This document shows, one piece after another, positions 10,698-14,529 of a stretch of DNA of 17,046 nt. Below the pieces are notes generated by a model. That model did not search any database. It saw only the letters and a program-made list of their open reading frames with translations, and had not been told where the DNA came from. Each line of letters starts with the position of its first letter. Within the stretch, counting starts at the first letter, position 1. Source of the stretch: a virus (lineage: Duplodnaviria; Heunggongvirae; Uroviricota; Caudoviricetes); IMG/VR virus record IMGVR_UViG_2651869780_000020, positions 1 through 17,046 of that record. One strand, given 5' to 3'. The translations under genes were made by a program, and so were the position numbers.

Positions 10698-11102
10698 TTA
10701 GTCATCCATGGATGGATTGAGCTTATCTCGTGTTGATGTGGCAATTTTCCCAACATTTTTCAACCAAGATTTTAAGAAGGATATGTCGTCCTTAATATCA
10801 TGAATATCCTCATTCTTTATACGATCAACCTTATCCTCTAAGCTCTCTATAGAACGCTCAATGCTAGACAGAGAGATTTTTAAGTCCCCTTGCTCACGTT
10901 CCAGTGAGGATTTGAGAGCACAATATTCGTTTTCTAGAATTCCTATTTTTTTTGTTAGAGAGTGCATTCGATACTCATACACCAAACCAGAAACGACTAA
11001 TGCAGCCAACAGAAACCATTCAAGCACACCAACCTCCTTAGTTTTGAGCAGGATACCAGATGATAATGTGTAGTTGGAGTAGCGCGGTTGTAATGCAAGC
11101 AT
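10698..11102 (-). CDS. Hypothetical membrane-anchored coiled-coil protein (candidate superinfection-exclusion function, P22 sieA position)
   Basis: 134 aa. One predicted transmembrane helix (LEWFLLAALVVSGLVYEY) followed by a heptad-rich charged segment (LENEYCALKSSLEREQGDLKISLSSIERSIESLEDKVDRIKNEDIHDIKDDISFLKSW). AT-rich. Convergent with gp16 with abutting stop codons (TAATTA at 10695-10700). No obvious SD sequence. No family recognised. Confidence 0.55.
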   Translation of the reverse strand: MLALQPRYSNYTLSSGILLKTKEVGVLEWFLLAALVVSGLVYEYRMHSLTKKIGILENEYCALKSSLEREQGDLKISLSSIERSIESLEDKVDRIKNEDIHDIKDDISFLKSWLKNVGKIATSTRDKLNPSMDD

Positions 11103-11182
11103 TTTGTTTTAGTTTTATGCTTGCTTGTATGTGTGTACAGTGTATATAATGCAAGCATACATCACAACAAAGGTGCTTGCAT
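11093..11182. repeat. Four copies of a 9-10 bp near-palindromic motif in alternating orientation: ATGCAAGCAT (11093-11102), ATGCTTGC (11117-11124), ATGCAAGCAT (11149-11158), TGCTTGCAT (11174-11182)
   Basis: Read directly from the sequence. The copies form two imperfect inverted-repeat units of about 32 bp, spaced about 56 bp apart. Copy 1 overlaps the start codon of the - strand membrane protein; copy 2 overlaps the -35; copy 3 abuts the -10; copy 4 lies between the RBS and the ATG of the 322-aa gene. Confidence 0.6.
11121..11150 (+). promoter_or_regulatory. Sigma70-like promoter for the 322-aa accessory gene
   Basis: TTGCTT (11121-11126), 18-bp spacer, TATAAT (11145-11150); RBS aggtg at 11171-11175; ATG at 11184. 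Confidence 0.55.
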
Positions 11183-11183
11183 T

Positions 11184-12152
11184 ATGACTGAAAAGAAAAG
11201 TGGCGAAGGGAAAGCTAAGGGCGGGATCGCTCGCGCAAAGTCGCTGACTAAAGAGCAGCGTTCTGAAATAGCAAAGAAAGCAGCTGCTGCAAGATGGAAA
11301 AGTAAGATTCTCAGGGCAACTCATCGTGGTAACTTTTTAGATGATTTTGGCATTGATGCTGAATGTTATGTACTGGATGACGAGTCGAAAACTGTCGTTG
11401 TTACGAAAACTGGATTATCTCAGTTGCTAGGGATTGGTGAACATGCCAGGGATTTAGATCAACTGCTTGGCGCTCAGTATATGAGCAAATACCGAGATCT
11501 AGAATTGCAGCGAAAAATGGAAAATCCCTATAAATTTCAACTTACTTCGAAGTCTAAAACCGTTCATCAAGCGTTAGGTTATGACATTACAGCAATTGTT
11601 GATATTGGTAGGGCACTAATAGAAGCCAAAGATAATGACGATCTACCACAATCACGGTTAAAGGCAGCCGCCGCAGCACAGAGACTTATTAATGCCTCCG
11701 CTAAGGCGGGAATTAAGGGGGTTGCGTATGCGCTTGCTGGTTATCGTCCAGAAGTTCAGGCTGTCATTGACGAGTTCAAAGCGTTTGTTCGTGAAGAGGC
11801 TCGTCAATATGAAAAGGAATTTCCAGATGAGCTATACGAGGAGTGGTATCGACTGTACGGCCTGAATAGGCCAGAGAAAGGACGGCCTATTCGTTTTGGG
11901 CAGCTAACCAACATGCAGATATACACCCCGCTAGCAAAGAGTAAAGGTAAAATCCTTGAACAGATTCGAGCCAGCCGAGACGAGAACGGAAAACAATCTG
12001 ATAAGTTGCATCTGTTCCTTTCTGAAATTGGTGTCAAGGCTTTGCGTCAGCATATCGGTAAGCTTCTTGGTGTCGCAGCGATGAGTGAGACAAGAGAAGA
12101 ATACGAAAAAGGAATAGAAAAGGTTTTCGGAAGAATGAAACCAGAAATCTAA
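11184..12152 (+). CDS. Hypothetical 322-aa accessory (moron) protein with a basic N-terminal helix-turn-helix-like motif; function unknown
   Basis: Long ORF with its own promoter and a strong terminator. The TTG start at 11121 in the ORF track is rejected in favour of ATG 11184 (MTEKKSGEGKAKGGIARAKSLTKEQRSEIAKKAAAARW..). The remainder is a charged, helical-looking domain. Not part of the conserved P22 structural set. Confidence 0.75.
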   Translation: MTEKKSGEGKAKGGIARAKSLTKEQRSEIAKKAAAARWKSKILRATHRGNFLDDFGIDAECYVLDDESKTVVVTKTGLSQLLGIGEHARDLDQLLGAQYMSKYRDLELQRKMENPYKFQLTSKSKTVHQALGYDITAIVDIGRALIEAKDNDDLPQSRLKAAAAAQRLINASAKAGIKGVAYALAGYRPEVQAVIDEFKAFVREEARQYEKEFPDELYEEWYRLYGLNRPEKGRPIRFGQLTNMQIYTPLAKSKGKILEQIRASRDENGKQSDKLHLFLSEIGVKALRQHIGKLLGVAAMSETREEYEKGIEKVFGRMKPEI

Positions 12153-12157
12153 TTATG

Positions 12158-12183
12158 AAACCCACCGTCAGGTGGGTTTTTTG
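12158..12183. terminator. Intrinsic terminator, probably bidirectional
   Basis: aaacccacc (12158-12166), loop gtca, ggtgggttt (12171-12179), T-run to 12183; A-rich on the upstream side. Lies between the convergent 322-aa gene (+) and the 67-aa gene (-). Confidence 0.8.
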
Positions 12184-12198
12184 TTGGAGATAAAATGG

Positions 12199-12402
12199 TT
12201 AACCAAATCGATCCTTAAAGCGCCTATCGCTGTTGCGTCTCTCCATTTTACTGTTGCAGTACGGACAAAGATGCTGTTTCTTTCCATCGATAGTCCATGT
12301 GAAGTACTTTTTCTTAAATCCAGCACCACAGATATCGCAACTTCTTGGTTTAAACATACTGGCTATGAAGATAAGAACAACAAATCCTATGATCCATTCC
12401 AT
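12199..12402 (-). CDS. Small membrane-anchored zinc-ribbon protein (67 aa)
   Basis: N-terminal hydrophobic helix (EWIIGFVVLIFIASMF) followed by CDIC..(19 aa)..CPYC, i.e. four Cys in a C-x2-C...C-x2-C arrangement, and a basic tail. Ends just before the bidirectional terminator. Confidence 0.5.
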   Translation of the reverse strand: MEWIIGFVVLIFIASMFKPRSCDICGAGFKKKYFTWTIDGKKQHLCPYCNSKMERRNSDRRFKDRFG

Positions 12403-12543
12403 ATCATGTACCTGTTTTAACTTTATTTTTTGATTTTTAGGGATTAATCAGAAACTTTATCTTGCGATTAAGCAAAGCTACTAGCTAACAAAAGAGTGCG
12501 TATACAATCAATCGTTTCACATCAACCTCAACAAGGAGAAATC

Positions 12544-12729
12544 ATGACCATAGAAGAACGCCTGAACAACATTGAGTTGAACCAAACCCTGCTTGACCAG
12601 CGACTTTCAGATCTTGAGCTTAAAGATCTTGATGCGCAAATATCAGAAGCAGAAGCCAAGCTCTCCAGCTTAAACCACCGCAAGAAGCAAATCCGCAACA
12701 GAATTACTCAGGGACGCGGAAGCTGTTGA
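12544..12729 (+). CDS. Small coiled-coil protein (61 aa)
   Basis: ATG 12544 preceded by a strong SD AAGGAG (12533-12538) at 5-nt spacing; the GTG at 12496 in the ORF track is rejected. Sequence MTIEERLNNIELNQTLLDQRLSDLELKDLDAQISEAEAKL.. is heptad-like. The 3' end overlaps the convergent 69-aa ORF by 26 nt. Confidence 0.5.
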   Translation: MTIEERLNNIELNQTLLDQRLSDLELKDLDAQISEAEAKLSSLNHRKKQIRNRITQGRGSC

Positions 12730-12913
12730 GGTGGGATGCTAGGTCTCTATCGTTAAAATCAAGGCTGCTAATCATTTCATTGTAAATGGCGTTTTTATCT
12801 TCCATTGGCAGTCTTGAGTAAACCAGACACAGAGCATATTTCAGGGAGTTTAGCTCTTTCTCTAGCTCTTCCTTGCTTGACGTTGTTGACTTAATAAACT
12901 GTTTTTTATTCAT
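12704..12913 (-). CDS. Hypothetical 69-aa protein, translationally coupled downstream of mnt
   Basis: On the - strand its ATG overlaps the mnt TGA stop (ATGA at 12910-12913). No recognisable family. Confidence 0.45.
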   Translation of the reverse strand: MNKKQFIKSTTSSKEELEKELNSLKYALCLVYSRLPMEDKNAIYNEMISSLDFNDRDLASHLNSFRVPE

Positions 12914-13161
12914 TTTGCATCCTTACCATACATGGTCTTTAGCGTCTCAACATCGTGTTCAAGATCTATCAATCGTGATGCTATAGTTGCAAGGTCTAGT
13001 GCTTGAATGTGTTTATTTTTTTCGGTCCACGCTTCAAGTGCCGCGACCATCTCAGCATTTAATGAACGAGAATTAGCCTCAGCCAGTTCAATAAGACGTT
13101 CCTTTATCTCTACAGGAAGCCTCAGATTCACTTGAGGGTTTTTGTACTTACGATCAGACAT
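12910..13161 (-). CDS. mnt: Mnt-like ribbon-helix-helix repressor (Arc/MetJ superfamily)
   Basis: 83 aa, the same length as P22 Mnt as recalled. N-terminus ..NLRLPVEIKERLIELAEANSRSLNAEMVAALEAW matches the RHH beta-strand/helix pattern of P22 Mnt (..FRMPMEVREKLKFRAEANGRSMNSELLQIV..). Divergent from arc. Confidence 0.8.
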   Translation of the reverse strand: MSDRKYKNPQVNLRLPVEIKERLIELAEANSRSLNAEMVAALEAWTEKNKHIQALDLATIASRLIDLEHDVETLKTMYGKDAK

Positions 13162-13266
13162 CGGCGCATCCTGAATAATTTTTTACCACAGGATATGTAG
13201 GTATCTATTGACTATCAATGCGTACCTAAATGCTATGTATGCGTACCACGTACAACGGAGGATGCA
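13162..13266. promoter_or_regulatory. Divergent promoter/operator region between mnt and arc (Pmnt/Pant-like)
   Basis: 105-bp intergenic region. Palindrome ATTGA-cta-TCAAT (13207-13219) contains back-to-back -35-like hexamers (TTGACT on +, TTGATA on -). Direct repeat ATGCGTACC at 13218-13226 and 13239-13247, 21 bp apart. Inverted ATCCTG/CAGGAT (13168-13173 / 13189-13194). AGGATGC precedes both start codons. Exact -10 elements are ambiguous. Confidence 0.55.
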
Positions 13267-13407
13267 ATGAAGGTAAAAACACTGCGTATGCCAGAGAAGC
13301 TAGAAAAAATTCTTGAAGAAAAAGCAAAGGAAGAGTGTCGCTCATTCAGCGCAGAAGTAATTAAACGGGTGCTGGACAGCCTGAGGAGAGAGGGGATAAC
13401 GGTGTGA
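13267..13407 (+). CDS. arc: Arc-like ribbon-helix-helix repressor (46 aa; below the ORF-track size cutoff)
   Basis: Own translation: MKVKTLRMPEKLEKILEEKAKEECRSFSAEVIKRVLDSLRREGITV. The segment RSFSAEVIKRVLDSLRREG resembles P22 Arc RSVNSEIYQRVMESFKKEG as recalled. SD GGAGG at 13256-13260. Sits between mnt and ant as in P22 immI. Confidence 0.75.
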   Translation: MKVKTLRMPEKLEKILEEKAKEECRSFSAEVIKRVLDSLRREGITV

Positions 13408-13423
13408 TTCGCTTGGATGCGGC

Positions 13424-13472
13424 AAAGAAATCAAAACAGTGAAGCCCCAACTGCGGGAACAGTCAGGGCTTC
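13424..13472 (-). terminator. Intrinsic terminator oriented for leftward (- strand) transcription in the arc-ant spacer
   Basis: Stem GAAGCCC (13441-13447) / GGGCTTC (13466-13472) with an inner ACTG/CAGT helix. On the - strand it is followed by ACUGUUUUGAUUUCUUU (complement of 13424-13440). No U-run follows it on the + strand. Confidence 0.55.
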
Positions 13473-13505
13473 GGTATCGTAAAACCACGCATAGGAATTA
13501 ACGAC
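13424..13505 (-). ncRNA. Predicted sar-like small antisense RNA, complementary to the ant ribosome-binding site
   Basis: Inferred from a - strand promoter inside the ant 5' end (see 13512-13540) plus the - strand terminator at 13424-13472. The predicted transcript of about 80 nt is antisense to the ant SD (agga 13493-13496) and start region, analogous to the P22 Sar RNA. Ends are approximate. Confidence 0.4.
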
Positions 13506-14429
13506 ATGAAAAGTATAGCAACAGCAGTATCTACTATCAATGTACCATTCCACGGCGCAGAGCTTTATGTTGTCAATCACAACGGCGAACCGTATACCCC
13601 AATGAAACCTATCGTTGAGGGAATGGGGCTAGACTGGAAATCTCAACATAAGAAGATTTCTCAACGCTTCTCGAAGGGTATGGTGGAAATCACCATACCT
13701 TCTGCCGGTGGGGTGCAAGCCATGATTTGTATGGCTTTACGAAAATTGGCAGCTTGGTTGAACAGCATCAGTCCTAACAAAGTCCGCCCTGAAATCCGCG
13801 ACAAGGAAATCCAGTATCAGGAAGAGTGTGACGATGTGCTCTACGAGTACTGGACTAAAGGCCATGTAGTTAACCCACGCAAAGCTAAAAAGGCGTTGCC
13901 GGGTAAAATCACCACTGAACAGCAGGAAGCCATTAAACAACTCGTCATGAGTCGCGGTCAGTCTCTGCCAAAAGAAAAACAGGCTAAGGCGATGATCACC
14001 ATGTGGTCGTCACTGAAATCTCATTTTGGGTGTTCATACAAAGAAATCAGCGATGAGCAGTTTACCGAAGCTCTGTCACTTGCAGCTCGCGTTCCGCTTG
14101 AAGGCGAGTTAATCGGCAAACAAGAGAAGAAAGCAAACGAGCTTTCTGCAAAAGAAGCAAACAGCCTTGTATGGTTATGGGATTATGCCAACCGCTCACA
14201 GGCATTATTCCGCGAACTGTATCCGGCGCTAAAACAAATTCAATCGAACTATTCCGGCAGATGTCATGACTGCGGTTATGAGTTCTCCCGTATTATCGAT
14301 ATGGCGAGAGATGTTTTAATCAACCATACACGAGATGTTGATATTAATGAGCCAGACGGACCAACGAATCTTTCCGCATGGATGAGACTTAAGAATAAAG
14401 AATTACCTCCTTCAGTACATAACTACTGA
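13506..14429 (+). CDS. ant: Antirepressor (Ant-like)
   Basis: 307 aa versus about 300 aa for P22 Ant. Located directly downstream of arc. N-terminal pattern (..VPFHGAELYVV..GEPYTPMKPIVEGMGLDWKSQHKKI..) is reminiscent of phage antirepressor N-terminal domains. Followed by a terminator. Confidence 0.7.
   Translation: MKSIATAVSTINVPFHGAELYVVNHNGEPYTPMKPIVEGMGLDWKSQHKKISQRFSKGMVEITIPSAGGVQAMICMALRKLAAWLNSISPNKVRPEIRDKEIQYQEECDDVLYEYWTKGHVVNPRKAKKALPGKITTEQQEAIKQLVMSRGQSLPKEKQAKAMITMWSSLKSHFGCSYKEISDEQFTEALSLAARVPLEGELIGKQEKKANELSAKEANSLVWLWDYANRSQALFRELYPALKQIQSNYSGRCHDCGYEFSRIIDMARDVLINHTRDVDINEPDGPTNLSAWMRLKNKELPPSVHNY
13512..13540 (-). promoter_or_regulatory. Psar-like leftward promoter inside the first codons of ant
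   Basis: On the - strand: TTGATA (complement of 13535-13540), 17-bp spacer, TATACT (complement of 13512-13517); the predicted start is near the ant ATG. Confidence 0.5.
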
Positions 14430-14446
14430 CAGATAACCAACGCAAC

Positions 14447-14472
14447 GACCCAGCTTCGGCTGGGTTTTTTTA
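14447..14472 (+). terminator. Intrinsic terminator between ant and the tailspike
   Basis: acccagc (14448-14454), loop ttcg, gctgggt (14459-14465), then a run of 7 T. Confidence 0.8.
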
Positions 14473-14529
14473 TGCCCAAAATTCACCGTAGCCACGCTGC
14501 GGCGATTCCTTGCATCTGGAGCAAATTAA

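Noticed and set aside
6632-10756. Antisense and embedded ORFs within the ejection genes gp7, gp20 and gp16 (e.g. 6632-6832 +, 6713-6949 -, 7346-7858 +, 8048-8385, 8727-9134 -, 9995-10480 -, 10514-10756 -)
   Set aside because: Shadow ORFs inside long, translationally coupled structural genes; 10514-10756 would also overlap both gp16 and the membrane protein gene without signals of its own.
10861-11073. 70-aa + strand ORF inside the - strand membrane protein gene
   Set aside because: No RBS or promoter and fully antisense to the TM/coiled-coil ORF, which has more gene-like features; kept as unresolved but not called.
11121-11183. TTG start at 11121 extending the 322-aa gene by 21 codons
   Set aside because: That stretch is the promoter (-35/-10) and 5' UTR; the extension (LVCVYSVYNASIHHNKGACI) is not protein-like and has no SD, whereas ATG 11184 has one.
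11115-11324. 69-aa - strand ORF (11115-11324) antisense to the 5' end of the 322-aa gene
   Set aside because: Cys/Phe/Ser-rich shadow translation, no signals, overlaps the promoter of the better-supported gene.
11804-12037. 77-aa - strand ORF inside the 322-aa gene
   Set aside because: Antisense shadow ORF without start signals.
12172-12433. Two + strand ORFs (12172-12420, 12233-12433) overlapping the zinc-ribbon gene
   Set aside because: They begin within or next to the terminator, lack an RBS, and have a low-complexity hydrophobic translation. The - strand frame, with a TM helix plus CxxC...CxxC, is more protein-like, though the call remains tentative.
12496-12543. GTG start at 12496 for the small coiled-coil ORF
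   Set aside because: The ATG at 12544 has a near-perfect SD (AAGGAG, 5-nt spacing); the upstream extension has none.
13441-13472. Arc-ant spacer hairpin as a + strand terminator separating arc from ant
   Set aside because: On the + strand the hairpin is followed by ggtatcgtaaaacc with no U-tract, whereas on the - strand it is followed by a U-rich tail; it is therefore oriented for leftward transcription.
13737-13940. 67-aa - strand ORF inside ant
   Set aside because: Antisense shadow ORF; no signals.
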